Of a stretch of DNA of 64,000 bases, positions 43,140 through 52,334 are shown one piece after another. A model generated the notes under the pieces. That model searched no databases and was not told the DNA's origin. It saw only the letters and a program-made list of their open reading frames with translations. The stretch covers positions 128,001 through 192,000 of the forward strand of contig CAVYBU010000030.1 in the NCBI GenBank assembly GCA_963766735.1, given 5' to 3'. How positions within the stretch are numbered: position 1 is the stretch's first letter; each line of letters opens with the position of its first letter. Source of the stretch: an uncultured Chloroflexia bacterium (lineage in GTDB: Bacteria > Chloroflexota > Limnocylindria > Limnocylindrales > CSP1-4). The position numbers and the translations under genes are program-made.

Positions 43140-44078
43140 CTACAGCCCGGAGTAGGCGTGGAGCCCCGTGAACCAGAGGCTCCCCGAGTACGTCACCAGC
43201 ACCATCACGAAGCCGACCACCAGCAGCAGCGCCGCCGGCCGACCCGCCCACCGGCGCTGGTTCCGCGCGTGGAGGTACACCGCGTAGGTCAGCCAGGTGA
43301 CCAGAGCCGCGGTCTCCTTGGGGTCCCATCCCCAGTAGCGTGACCAGGCGATGGACGCCCACCAGGACCCCAGGATGATCATGGTGGCGAAGATCGGGAA
43401 CGCGATGATCACAGAGCGGTAGGCGGCCTCGTCCAGCGTCCCGTGCGACGGCAGCCAGGCGAACCGGTCCTCGGTTCCCTGGACCAGGTATGCGACCCCC
43501 GCCGCGAACGCGGTGGCGAAGATCCCGTAGCTGATGACCGCCATCCCGACGTGGATCGTGAGCAGCGGCGCGTTCTGGAGCGCCGGCACGAGGGGCTCCA
43601 CCTCGGACGGGAGCGACGAGGCGTAGAGCAGCATCCCGAGCGACACCCCCACCGGGATGAACCCGATCTGGCGGATCGGGTAGCGGCGCCCAAGGAGCAG
43701 GTAGCCGCCGAGGATCGCAGCCCCGAAGGCCACGCTGAACTCGTACAGGTTCCCGTATGGCCCCCGCCCGACGACGATCCCGCGCAGTGCCAGTGAGGCG
43801 ACCAGGAGAGCGAAAGCGGCAAACGTGATCCAGATCGCGGCCCTGGAGAGGGGGGTTGGGGCGGCCGACAGGCGCACGTCGGCCTCGGCTGCGGAGGCTC
43901 TCGCCGTCACGAACGATCCTGTCACGCCCGCGGCCGCGAACGCCGGCTGACCGACCTGCGTCGTCACCGCGATCCGGCGGCCGTTGGCCAGGAGCACGGC
44001 GTGGCCGACATGCGCGGCGAAGCCAAGTGCGGTGGCGATGACACCGAGGACGAAGAGGAGCGAGGAGGCCTGTGCCAT
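43140..44078 (-). CDS. ccsA: Cytochrome c biogenesis protein CcsA/ResC (system II)
   Basis: PYGNLYE, LVPALQN..LTIH, WWD motif RYWGWDPKET, YLHAR, GLHAYS. Confidence 0.92.
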   Translation of the reverse strand: MAQASSLLFVLGVIATALGFAAHVGHAVLLANGRRIAVTTQVGQPAFAAAGVTGSFVTARASAAEADVRLSAAPTPLSRAAIWITFAAFALLVASLALRGIVVGRGPYGNLYEFSVAFGAAILGGYLLLGRRYPIRQIGFIPVGVSLGMLLYASSLPSEVEPLVPALQNAPLLTIHVGMAVISYGIFATAFAAGVAYLVQGTEDRFAWLPSHGTLDEAAYRSVIIAFPIFATMIILGSWWASIAWSRYWGWDPKETAALVTWLTYAVYLHARNQRRWAGRPAALLLVVGFVMVLVTYSGSLWFTGLHAYSGL

Positions 44079-44132
44079 GTCGTGTCCCGGGACGCTGGGG
44101 GCCCGGCCGGAGGTTCCGGCCCGGGCGGGGGA

Positions 44133-44606
44133 TCAGGCGGAGGCGGCGCCGCCGGGCGGCGGGGCGGCCGGGCGGAGCGAGCGTGTGGTGGGCTTGAGGG
44201 TGAACGAGAGCCCGCAGTTGCCGCACGTGTCAACGGTGGCGCCGCGGACGAGCCCGCACTTGGGGCAACCGACAACGAGCTCCTCGCCCGCGGCGGAGCG
44301 GACGGCGCCGGCCTCATAGATGACGCCTTCAGAGGGGCTGTACGGCTCCCCGGCGGGATAGACGGGCCGCCCCTCGGCGTCCAGGCGGGCCGCGCGGCGT
44401 GTCTCGGCGAAGGCCCGCCGTGCGCGCGGCCGATGGAAGACGTAGTGCGCCCACGCCAGCACGAGCACCGTCAGGATTGGTCCGACCACGAACAGCAGCA
44501 GGAAGATCGGCAGCAGCGCGATCAGCTGGCCCCAGTCCGGGGTGACGAACGTCGCGCTGAACGCGAGCAGGTCCGTCCAGAGCTGGTTGAGGGTATCGAC
44601 GATCAC
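44133..44606 (-). CDS. Membrane-anchored zinc-ribbon protein
   Basis: N-terminal hydrophobic segment, CPKC...CGNCG; leaderless GTG (TAGCAT-N6). Confidence 0.75.
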   Translation of the reverse strand: MIVDTLNQLWTDLLAFSATFVTPDWGQLIALLPIFLLLFVVGPILTVLVLAWAHYVFHRPRARRAFAETRRAARLDAEGRPVYPAGEPYSPSEGVIYEAGAVRSAAGEELVVGCPKCGLVRGATVDTCGNCGLSFTLKPTTRSLRPAAPPPGGAASA

Positions 44607-44631
44607 GGGCGCATGCTAGCAGCGCCGGCAG

Positions 44632-45237
44632 TCAGGCGCCGTGCTTCGGGTGACGCTTGTGGCGGGCGACCTTGTGGGCTGTCCCGGTCTTGGTGGTGGC
44701 CCCCCGGCCCGGCTTCCAGCTCTTGCGGTCCGACTCGTCCCGGACGAACGGGTTGGGGGTAGCCATCGTGTGCCCGGACCCGATCGTCGGCCTGCGGTTC
44801 CCCGGCGCCGGCGAGGCCAGCCGCGGCAGGTCCAGGCGGTTGAGAAGCCACTGGGTTGGCCGGGTCCGGACGCCGCGGGCCTCGAGGCGCTCCCTCAGGT
44901 CCCGGTCGTTGGTCACCACGAGCATCCGCTCGTAGGCCTCCGGCGAGCCACCCTCTGCCTCCCCCATGGCCGCCGTGAGGCCCAGGATCGCCTCGTCGGC
45001 AGTGTGCCGGCCCGAGTATCGGACGTACATGTGCTGGGCGACGCGGCCCTTCACGCCGTGGCCGATGCCGTCGAACACCAGGTCGATGGTGATGCCCGGC
45101 GGGATGGCCGCGCGCAGCCGGCCGATGATCGCGGCAGGCGGCGCCACCGTTCGGGATCCCATGCGATACAGCATGTTCGTGCCGTCGACGAGGAGGCGGT
45201 CGATGCCGTCGAACGGGGAGCTGGGGGCCGGAGGCAT
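44632..45237 (-). CDS. NYN/PIN (YacP-like) domain putative RNase
   Basis: LLVDGTN, LVFDG, TADEAI, VVTNDRDL acidic motifs. Confidence 0.8.
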   Translation of the reverse strand: MPPAPSSPFDGIDRLLVDGTNMLYRMGSRTVAPPAAIIGRLRAAIPPGITIDLVFDGIGHGVKGRVAQHMYVRYSGRHTADEAILGLTAAMGEAEGGSPEAYERMLVVTNDRDLRERLEARGVRTRPTQWLLNRLDLPRLASPAPGNRRPTIGSGHTMATPNPFVRDESDRKSWKPGRGATTKTGTAHKVARHKRHPKHGA

Positions 45238-45259
45238 GGGCAGACGGTAGCATCGTCCC
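45238..45259. promoter_or_regulatory. 22-bp bidirectional leaderless promoter
   Basis: Minus TACCGT (45249-45244) N6 ATG; plus TAGCAT (45248-45253) N6 GTG; the two hexamers share a TA. Confidence 0.65.
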
Positions 45260-46102
45260 GTGCTCCTCCTCGTCGATCTCGATGGCGTCGTCTACCGCTC
45301 CTCCGAGTCCGTGCCCGGCGTGGGCGCCGCGCTCGCGGTCCGGGCGGCTCTCGGCGACGAGATCGTGTACGTGACCAACAACGCCATGCACTACCACTCG
45401 GACTATGTTCCGCGGCTCGAGGGACATGGGGCGCCGGTCGGGCCGGACCGCGTCGTGACGAGCGCGCGAGCGAGCACCCTCTGGATCCGGGAGCACATGC
45501 CCGCGATCCGCCGCGTGCTGTCCGTGGGCGCGGGCGGCCTTGACCGTGAGCTGCGCGAGGCGGGCTTCGAGCTGATCACGGCCGCCGCCGCGGCCACGCG
45601 CATGAGCCAGGAGGGACTCGACGGCTGGGAGGCCGCGGGCCACCCTGACGCGGTGGTCGTGGGCCTGGATCCACAGCTCACGTACCTGCGGATCGCCGCG
45701 GCCGCGGACTGTGTCCGTGCGGGCGCCGCATTCGTGGCCACGAATCGGGACCCGATGTACCCCACGGAGCGCGGCTTCCGGCCCGGCGCGGGTGCCGTGG
45801 TGGCGGCGATCGAGGCTGCTGCGAGGACCTCGCCGGTCACCACCGTCGGCAAGCCGGGGCCATACCTGCTCGAGGCGGCGGCGCGCATGGTCGGCGGGGA
45901 CGTGCGCCGCGCGGTGATGATCGGCGACTCGCTCTCCGACGTGGCCGCGGGCCGCGCGGTCGGGGCTCGCACCGTGCTGATGCTGACCGGCGTGACCAGC
46001 CGCGAAACGGCCGACGCGCTGCCGGCTGACGAGCGACCGACGCGGGTGGCCGCCGATGCAGCCGAGCTGGTCGCGGCCCTGGAGGATCTCGCCGCCGGGT
46101 GA
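45260..46102 (+). CDS. HAD-IIA family hydrolase (NagD-like)
   Basis: DLDGVVY, YVTNN, ATNRD, VGKP, MIGDSLSD, LTGVT. Confidence 0.92.
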   Translation: MLLLVDLDGVVYRSSESVPGVGAALAVRAALGDEIVYVTNNAMHYHSDYVPRLEGHGAPVGPDRVVTSARASTLWIREHMPAIRRVLSVGAGGLDRELREAGFELITAAAAATRMSQEGLDGWEAAGHPDAVVVGLDPQLTYLRIAAAADCVRAGAAFVATNRDPMYPTERGFRPGAGAVVAAIEAAARTSPVTTVGKPGPYLLEAAARMVGGDVRRAVMIGDSLSDVAAGRAVGARTVLMLTGVTSRETADALPADERPTRVAADAAELVAALEDLAAG

Positions 46103-46158
46103 CACCGGCCGCCGCGTCATCCAGCGCGAGCGGTCTGAGGGTCGGAGGGCGCCGGGAC

Positions 46159-46434
46159 TCAGCGGGTGCCGCGCACGCGGCGCAGCCGCGCCAGCACCCG
46201 GCGGTACAGCAGGCCCGCGACGACCGTGGCGATCGCGGTCAGGAGCAGGGTCTCTCCGGCAGGCCGTCCGGCGATCACCCCGAAGCCCAGGATGAGGACC
46301 GGGAGCCGGGCGACCACGAGCAGCGCCGCCGTCCGGTCCGTCATCCGTCCAGCGCGCCACCAGCGCTCCTCGATCAGCCTCGTGGCGATGAGCGCGAACA
46401 CGAGGATCGCCAGCAGGACGGTCTCGGTCGTCAT
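46159..46434 (-). CDS. Small hypothetical membrane protein with three TM segments
   Basis: MTTETVLLAILVFALIA...; directly downstream of add. Confidence 0.65.
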   Translation of the reverse strand: MTTETVLLAILVFALIATRLIEERWWRAGRMTDRTAALLVVARLPVLILGFGVIAGRPAGETLLLTAIATVVAGLLYRRVLARLRRVRGTR

Positions 46435-46447
46435 GGTCGGGGGGCCG

Positions 46448-47509
46448 TCACGCCTGTCCCAGCTCCGGGATGCCATCGCCCCACGCCCGGAACGCCACGC
46501 GGAGGTCAGCCCTGGTGGGTTCATCGCAGAACGCGGCGTCGAGCGCCGCCAGATCAAGCGCCCAGAGCTCCGGCAGCGTGAGGCCGATCCGCTCCACCGC
46601 GTTGGCGTACTCCTCGGACAGCGTGATGCCGGACACGGTCGGATCGTCCGTGCTGAGCGTGACCGGGACGCCGGCGTGGAGCAGGCGGCGGAGCGGGTGG
46701 GCCTCGAGGGACGGAACGATGCTCGCCTGGACGTTGGAGGTTGGGCAGAGGTCCAGCCAGGTGCCCCGGTCGATGAGCTCCCGCACCAGGTCCGGGTCGT
46801 CGATGGCCAGGGGTCCGTGTGCGATCCGCTCCGGCTCCAGCGCAAGGGCCCTGCGAACCTGGGCCGCGCCGCCCCATTCGCCGGCGTGGAGCGTCACGTG
46901 CAGGCCGATCTCCCGCGCCAGGGCCAGGGCGTCACGGTGGCGGTCCGGATCCGGGTAGCGTGCCTCCTCCCCGGCGAGGTCAACGGCCACGAGCCCGTCC
47001 GGGATGCCGCGTGTCTCGAGGTCCCGCACAAACGCCAGGTTGGCCTCCGGCTCGTGCGAGCGCATCAACGTCGCGATGAGGCGGACCTCCACGCCGTACC
47101 GCCGCGCCGCGCCGGCTGCGCCACGGGCGACCGCCTCCACCACCTGGCGCCCGTCCATGCCCTGGGCGGTGTGCAGCAGCGGTGCCCACCGGATCTCGGC
47201 GTAGCGGACGTGGTCAAACGCCTTGTCCTCGACCAGGTCCGCTGCCGTGCGCTCGAGCGCCTCGGAGTCCTGCATCAGTCTGATCGGCAGGTCGAAGGCA
47301 AGCAGCAGCTGAGCCTGATCCTCACAGCGATCCGGACCGACGAGCATCCCGCGCATTGCCTCGTACGTGCGGGGCGCGTCGATGCCACGGGTCCGGGCGA
47401 TCTCGAGCGCGGTCTCCACGCGCATCGAGCCGTCCAGATGGAGGTGGAGCTCCGCCTTGGGCATGGTCCCGATGAGGGCCCTCAGGGAGCGGCGATCGAG
47501 GTCGGTCAT
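46448..47509 (-). CDS. add: Adenosine deaminase
   Basis: PKAELHLHLDGS, YAEIRWAP, TLHAGE, RIAHG, CPTSN, LSTDDP; leaderless (TACCAT-N6-ATG). Confidence 0.92.
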   Translation of the reverse strand: MTDLDRRSLRALIGTMPKAELHLHLDGSMRVETALEIARTRGIDAPRTYEAMRGMLVGPDRCEDQAQLLLAFDLPIRLMQDSEALERTAADLVEDKAFDHVRYAEIRWAPLLHTAQGMDGRQVVEAVARGAAGAARRYGVEVRLIATLMRSHEPEANLAFVRDLETRGIPDGLVAVDLAGEEARYPDPDRHRDALALAREIGLHVTLHAGEWGGAAQVRRALALEPERIAHGPLAIDDPDLVRELIDRGTWLDLCPTSNVQASIVPSLEAHPLRRLLHAGVPVTLSTDDPTVSGITLSEEYANAVERIGLTLPELWALDLAALDAAFCDEPTRADLRVAFRAWGDGIPELGQA

Positions 47510-47679
47510 GCGCGGATGGTAGGCCCCCCGGGTTCGGGCGTTGTCCGCGCGCCGCCGTCGGCCGGCGGAGTATCCTGCTACCAACGAATAGCGAATTTGA
47601 TCGCTTCCCAGCTCGACGATCGGCGGGAAGACAGGAACGCGCAGGTCCGAGCCTCCGCCACCACGCAGGAGCATCACCC

Positions 47680-48627
47680 ATGTCAACCGTCCTCGTCACC
47701 GGCGCCAGCGGCTTCGTCGGCAGCCACCTCATCCCTGCCCTCATCGACGCCGGCCATCATGTGCTGGCGCTTGCGCGCGACGACGCGGGCGCCGCGCAGG
47801 TCGAGCGCCGGCTCACCCCCACGCAACGCGGCTCGGTCGAGGCCCGACTCGGTGACGTTACGAAACCCGCATCCCTGCCGCCCGCGCTCGACGGGGCGGA
47901 CGCGGTCCTGCACCTGGCCGCCATCGCGCGCGACTGGGACGGGGGCGCGACACTCCGCCTGGTCAACACGGAGGGCACCCGGACCGTCCTGGCCGCCGCA
48001 TCGAGCGCAGGCGTGCGCCGCTTCGTCCACCTGGGGGCCCTGGGCGTCATCGACGACCCGGACCTGCACTACGGCAGCTCCAAGGCAAAGGCGATGGCCC
48101 TTGTTCGCGAGAGCGGCCTTGACTGGACGATCCTGAGCCCGTCCCTCCTGTTCGGCCCGCGCGATGGGTTCTTCAACATCCTCGCCGGCCTCGTCCGCAT
48201 GTCGCCCGGCATCGTGCCGATCACGGGCAAGGGCGACGCGAGGTTCCAGCCCCTTGCCATCGGCGACCTGGCGAAGGCCGCGGTCATCGCGCTGGGCGAC
48301 GACGGCACGATCGGCCGGGAGTACCCCCTGGGTGGCCCGCGCCACTGGACCTATCGCGAGATCATGGAGGAGGTCCTGCGGGGCATGGGCAGGCGCCGGC
48401 TGCTCGTCCCGACGCCCGTCGCGCTCATCCGCCTGGTCGCGGGGGGCAGCGAGGCGATCCGCCTCCCGTTCCCGGTCGCCACGGACCAGCTCCGTCAGCT
48501 GAAGTACGACAACACGGGGCCGCTGGACGCCGTCCGGGCAGGCTTCGGGTTCGATCCCCAGCCGATGGAGGGCGGGCTGACCCACCTGCGGCAGAAGCTC
48601 AAGGACCAGGAGCCCGACGCGGCCTGA
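47680..48627 (+). CDS. NAD(P)-binding SDR protein, complex I NDUFA9-like
   Basis: VTGASGFVG, HLAAI, YGSSK, PSLLFG, FQP; AGGAG RBS. Confidence 0.85.
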   Translation: MSTVLVTGASGFVGSHLIPALIDAGHHVLALARDDAGAAQVERRLTPTQRGSVEARLGDVTKPASLPPALDGADAVLHLAAIARDWDGGATLRLVNTEGTRTVLAAASSAGVRRFVHLGALGVIDDPDLHYGSSKAKAMALVRESGLDWTILSPSLLFGPRDGFFNILAGLVRMSPGIVPITGKGDARFQPLAIGDLAKAAVIALGDDGTIGREYPLGGPRHWTYREIMEEVLRGMGRRRLLVPTPVALIRLVAGGSEAIRLPFPVATDQLRQLKYDNTGPLDAVRAGFGFDPQPMEGGLTHLRQKLKDQEPDAA

Positions 48628-48717
48628 CGTCCACCGCCTGGTGACCCGCGAGCTCGTGCCGTCCTGCACCCGGCCAGGCAGAGGCGGCCCACCGCCCGAC
48701 CCGCTACCCTCGGCATC

Positions 48718-49695
48718 GTGATCGACTCCGGGACGCTCCGCACGCCGCTCGCCCGGCTCGCCTGGCTTGCTGTGGCCGCGCTGATCGCCCTCGGCTCCGC
48801 GGGTGTGATCTCGGCGATGCAGCACCAGCCGGGTTCGACCGACCGTGCCGAGCTGACGTATGAGGGTGACCTGGCGGCCGGACCCGCGCTGGACGCTGCA
48901 ACGGATGAACTCAAGACCCTCGCCGACGCCGTTGACGTGCTCGGCTCGACCGCCCGGCAGGCGCTGGCAGCGGTCGTCGCCGGCGATGGCGACGGGCTGC
49001 AGGCACTCATCGCCGGGGGGACCGCGCAACTGGCCGCCGTCGGCCGGGCGGCCGGCGACTACCGGGCTGCCGTGGCCGCCGTCCCCGGCATGGGCGCGGA
49101 TGGCGAGCTCGCCGTGTCCGAGACCACGCGCCGCCGGTACGAGGCGCTCGAGGAGGTCACCGGGTTGACGGCCGGGCTGGACGCGGAATGGACCGCATTC
49201 ACCGGTCGGGCCCTCGACGCCTCGGCCCTGACCGGGCTGTTGGTGCGCCACGATGAGCAGACCGCAGCTGCTGCCGGGGAGGGCTCCGCCGCGCACTACC
49301 GGGAGGCGCTGGCCCTGCTCGACACCTCGGACGCGATCATCGTGGAGGCCAGGGCGCTCGCGGAGCGGCTCGGCAAGGCCGCCGACGTGGCCACCCTCGT
49401 CACCTGGCTCGATCGCAGCGCCGCCTACGACGCCTCGCTGCGGAACCTCTACCAGTCGCTGGTCGATGCCAAGGGCCGTGTGACCGACGCGGTGCGCGCC
49501 GCCTTCGCCGCCGAGAAGGATGCCCGCTCGCTGCTCCCGGAGGACACGCGGCCTCTGGTCGTGATCATGGCCGAGGTGGCCCAGGGCGGGCTCAACCAGG
49601 CGGTGATCTCGATCGAGGAGGCTCGCGGCGCGCTGGCGGCGGCCCTCGAGACGCAGGCTGAGCTCAAGGCCGGCCAGTCCCCGCCACCCGAGTAG
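48718..49695 (+). CDS. Hypothetical membrane-anchored all-helical protein
   Basis: N-terminal TM followed by Ala-rich helices; leaderless (TACCCT-N7-GTG). Confidence 0.75.
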   Translation: MIDSGTLRTPLARLAWLAVAALIALGSAGVISAMQHQPGSTDRAELTYEGDLAAGPALDAATDELKTLADAVDVLGSTARQALAAVVAGDGDGLQALIAGGTAQLAAVGRAAGDYRAAVAAVPGMGADGELAVSETTRRRYEALEEVTGLTAGLDAEWTAFTGRALDASALTGLLVRHDEQTAAAAGEGSAAHYREALALLDTSDAIIVEARALAERLGKAADVATLVTWLDRSAAYDASLRNLYQSLVDAKGRVTDAVRAAFAAEKDARSLLPEDTRPLVVIMAEVAQGGLNQAVISIEEARGALAAALETQAELKAGQSPPPE

Positions 49696-49851
49696 ATCCG
49701 CAGAGACGCCCGCAGGCCCGGGCTGAGACCCGGGCACAGCCCCGCGAGGAGCCCGAGGGTCCGACCGCCGGCGGTACACTCGGTCTCGACGCCGTCCCAA
49801 GCCCCTCGCCGCGGCACGCCGTCGCCCGACGAGCCCCGGAGGACCCAGTTC

Positions 49852-51360
49852 GTGCAGATCCGCATCGTCATCGGCCAGCCTTGGGAGGCGGCCGCTGACC
49901 TCCTCGTCATCCCCGTCATCGGCGAGCCAGACTTCAGCGGCGAGCTGGGCGAGCTCGATCGGCGGACCGGCGGTGAGCTGCGCGCGCTCGCGGCGTTCGG
50001 CGAGCTGCGCCCCAAGCGCTACGGGACCGCGCTGGCGGCACCCGGTGACCTGCCAGCGAAGAGGGTTCTGGCCGTATCCGGCGGCGATGCGGACGAATTC
50101 GATCGCGAGATCGCCCGAAAGCTGGCCGCAACCGCCCTCCGGCGCCTTGTCAATCGTGAGGTCCGGTCCATGGCCGTCTGGCTGGCGCCCGTGGCTGCCG
50201 GGCTGGGCGGGGACGAGGCGCTGGCTGCGGAGCTGGTGACGCGCGGCATCGTCGAGGGCGGGTTCGAGCCCAAGACCATCTACCGTGAGGACAGCGATGC
50301 GGCGCCGCCCGCGCTGGACGAGCTGGTCCTGATCGCCGCAGGCGACGCCGGAGCGGCCGGGCGCGGCGCGGACCGCGGCCGGATCATCGGCGAGGGCGCG
50401 AACATGGCGCGCCGCCTCTCCAACCGGTCTGCCAACGACGTTTCGCCGCAGGTTCTCGCGGACGAGGCGCGCGCCATCGCCGAGGCGCACGGCCTGTGGA
50501 TCGACGTCATCGACGAGAAGCGTGCCGCCGAGATGGGCATGGGCATGTTCATCGCGGTGGGCAGGGGCAGCGACAACCCGCCGCGGATGATCGTCATGCG
50601 GTCGGGGGAGGCGGGCGAGAAGGACGCTCTCGGCCGGCACCTCGCCCTGGTCGGGAAGGGTGTCTGCTTCGACTCCGGTGGCATCAGCATCAAGCCGTCC
50701 GACCGGATGGAAGAGATGAAGATGGACAAGATCGGTGCATGCACCGTGATCTCGGCCATCGCCACCGCCGCCCGTCTCGCCCCGGGCCTGCCGTTGATCG
50801 CGGTCGCCCCCGCGGTGGAGAACATGCCCAGCGGGCATGCGAGCCGGCCCGGCGACATCGTGAAGGCGCTCAACGGCAAGTGGGTGGACATCATCAACAC
50901 CGACGCCGAGGGCCGCCTGATCCTGGGCGACGCGATGACCTACGCGGAACAGCTTGGCGCCACCCACATCGTGGATGTCGCCACCCTGACCGGCGCCGTG
51001 GGCCGGGCGGTCGGCAACATCGTCACGGGCGCGTTCGCCACCCCGGACCCGTGGTGGGGTGCGGTGGATGCGGCGGCGGAGCGGGCAGGGGAACGGTACT
51101 GGCGCGTCCCGCTCATCCAGGACTACATGCCCGAGATGGAGAGCTGGTACGCGGACATCCAGAACACCGGCACCTCGGACGGGTCGCTGGTCAAGAGCGG
51201 CCTGTTCCTGGAACAGTTCCGGACCGTTCCGTGGGCCCACCTGGACATCGGAGGCACGGGCTACTTCCGCAAGACCTATCCGTATGCGGCGCGCGGCGCC
51301 ACGGGCGTCACCCACGCGACGCTGGTGGAGCTTGCCCTTGCCGGGGTCGCGCCGGGCTGA
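49852..51360 (+). CDS. pepA: Leucyl aminopeptidase (M17)
   Basis: VGKGVCFDSGG, ENMPSG, NTDAEGRL, DVATLTGA, WAHLDI. Confidence 0.93.
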   Translation: MQIRIVIGQPWEAAADLLVIPVIGEPDFSGELGELDRRTGGELRALAAFGELRPKRYGTALAAPGDLPAKRVLAVSGGDADEFDREIARKLAATALRRLVNREVRSMAVWLAPVAAGLGGDEALAAELVTRGIVEGGFEPKTIYREDSDAAPPALDELVLIAAGDAGAAGRGADRGRIIGEGANMARRLSNRSANDVSPQVLADEARAIAEAHGLWIDVIDEKRAAEMGMGMFIAVGRGSDNPPRMIVMRSGEAGEKDALGRHLALVGKGVCFDSGGISIKPSDRMEEMKMDKIGACTVISAIATAARLAPGLPLIAVAPAVENMPSGHASRPGDIVKALNGKWVDIINTDAEGRLILGDAMTYAEQLGATHIVDVATLTGAVGRAVGNIVTGAFATPDPWWGAVDAAAERAGERYWRVPLIQDYMPEMESWYADIQNTGTSDGSLVKSGLFLEQFRTVPWAHLDIGGTGYFRKTYPYAARGATGVTHATLVELALAGVAPG

Positions 51361-51460
51361 CCACGCAGGGCTGACCGGGCCCCGCGCCGGGCCGATCACG
51401 AGCCCGGGGCCCCGCGCCGGGCCGATCACGCAGGGCGCCCCGGCGGTCGCGCCGGGCTGA
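51345..51460 (+). repeat. Nested direct repeats at the pepA 3' end
   Basis: GGTCGCGCCGGGCTGA at 51345 and 51445; GGGCCCCGCGCCGGGCCGATCACG at 51377 and 51407. Confidence 0.85.
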
Positions 51461-51505
51461 GCGTGCCGTGCGCCCCGGGGGCTGCGTGGCCCGTACACTC
51501 CGGTC

Positions 51506-52144
51506 GTGCTGACGTCAATCGCCACCGCGCTCGGGATCCTCGGGGCCGCCTGGGGGTTCATCGCCGACAGGATCGGCGCGCGCTGGCCTGCCCACGACGA
51601 CGGTGCCGTTCGCCCGATCGACTGGCGGACGCCCGTTGCTGTCGTCACGGGGGCGCTTGCCCTGGGCGGCCTGACGTCCCGGTTCACCGAACCCGTGACG
51701 GCTCTGGTGTTCGGCGCCTACCTCGTGGCGCTCGTCCTGCTGCTGGCGACGGACCTTGACCAGCGGCTGCTGCCGGACGTGATCACGCTGCCCGCGATCC
51801 CGATCGCGCTCGTCTTCGACCTGGTCGGGCTCAACCCCCTGGTTCCGCCCGGCGCCCTGCCGGCGGCGATCGTGGTGGCGATCGCCGTGCCGGGCCTGAT
51901 GTACCTGTTCTCGAAGCCGTTCGGGGCCGGGGCCTTCGGCCAGGGGGACGTGAAGCTGCTGGTGTCGGTCGGCCTGCTCGCCGGGCCGTTGCGCATGTTC
52001 TCGGGCGTGGTCTACGGGGCGCTGCTGGCCGGCGTCGTGATCGTGCTGCTGCTGGTCGCCCGGCGGATAACGCTCAAGAGCTACATCCCGTTCGGGCCGT
52101 TCCTGATCTTCGGGGCCATCTGGGCGATCCTCGTCAGCCCGTAG
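51506..52144 (+). CDS. Prepilin peptidase (A24), lacking the N-terminal Cys/Zn domain
   Basis: TDLDQRLLPD, FGQGDVKL, IPFGPFL; leaderless (TACACT-N6-GTG). Confidence 0.85.
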   Translation: MLTSIATALGILGAAWGFIADRIGARWPAHDDGAVRPIDWRTPVAVVTGALALGGLTSRFTEPVTALVFGAYLVALVLLLATDLDQRLLPDVITLPAIPIALVFDLVGLNPLVPPGALPAAIVVAIAVPGLMYLFSKPFGAGAFGQGDVKLLVSVGLLAGPLRMFSGVVYGALLAGVVIVLLLVARRITLKSYIPFGPFLIFGAIWAILVSP

Positions 52145-52334
52145 GCTGGCGCCCGCGGCTGGCCGGGTTGCACCGCGCTGGTAGACTCGATCGGTACGCC
52201 GGTTCAGGTCGTCCCGGGAGTGCCCTCCGTGGCGGCGCCGTATCCGGCGAGCGTGCACCTGGTTTCGCCGAGTCGGCCCGTCCGGCGCAGCGATGACAAT
52301 ATGAACGCTCGCACGAGATGAGGACGCCAGCTCG

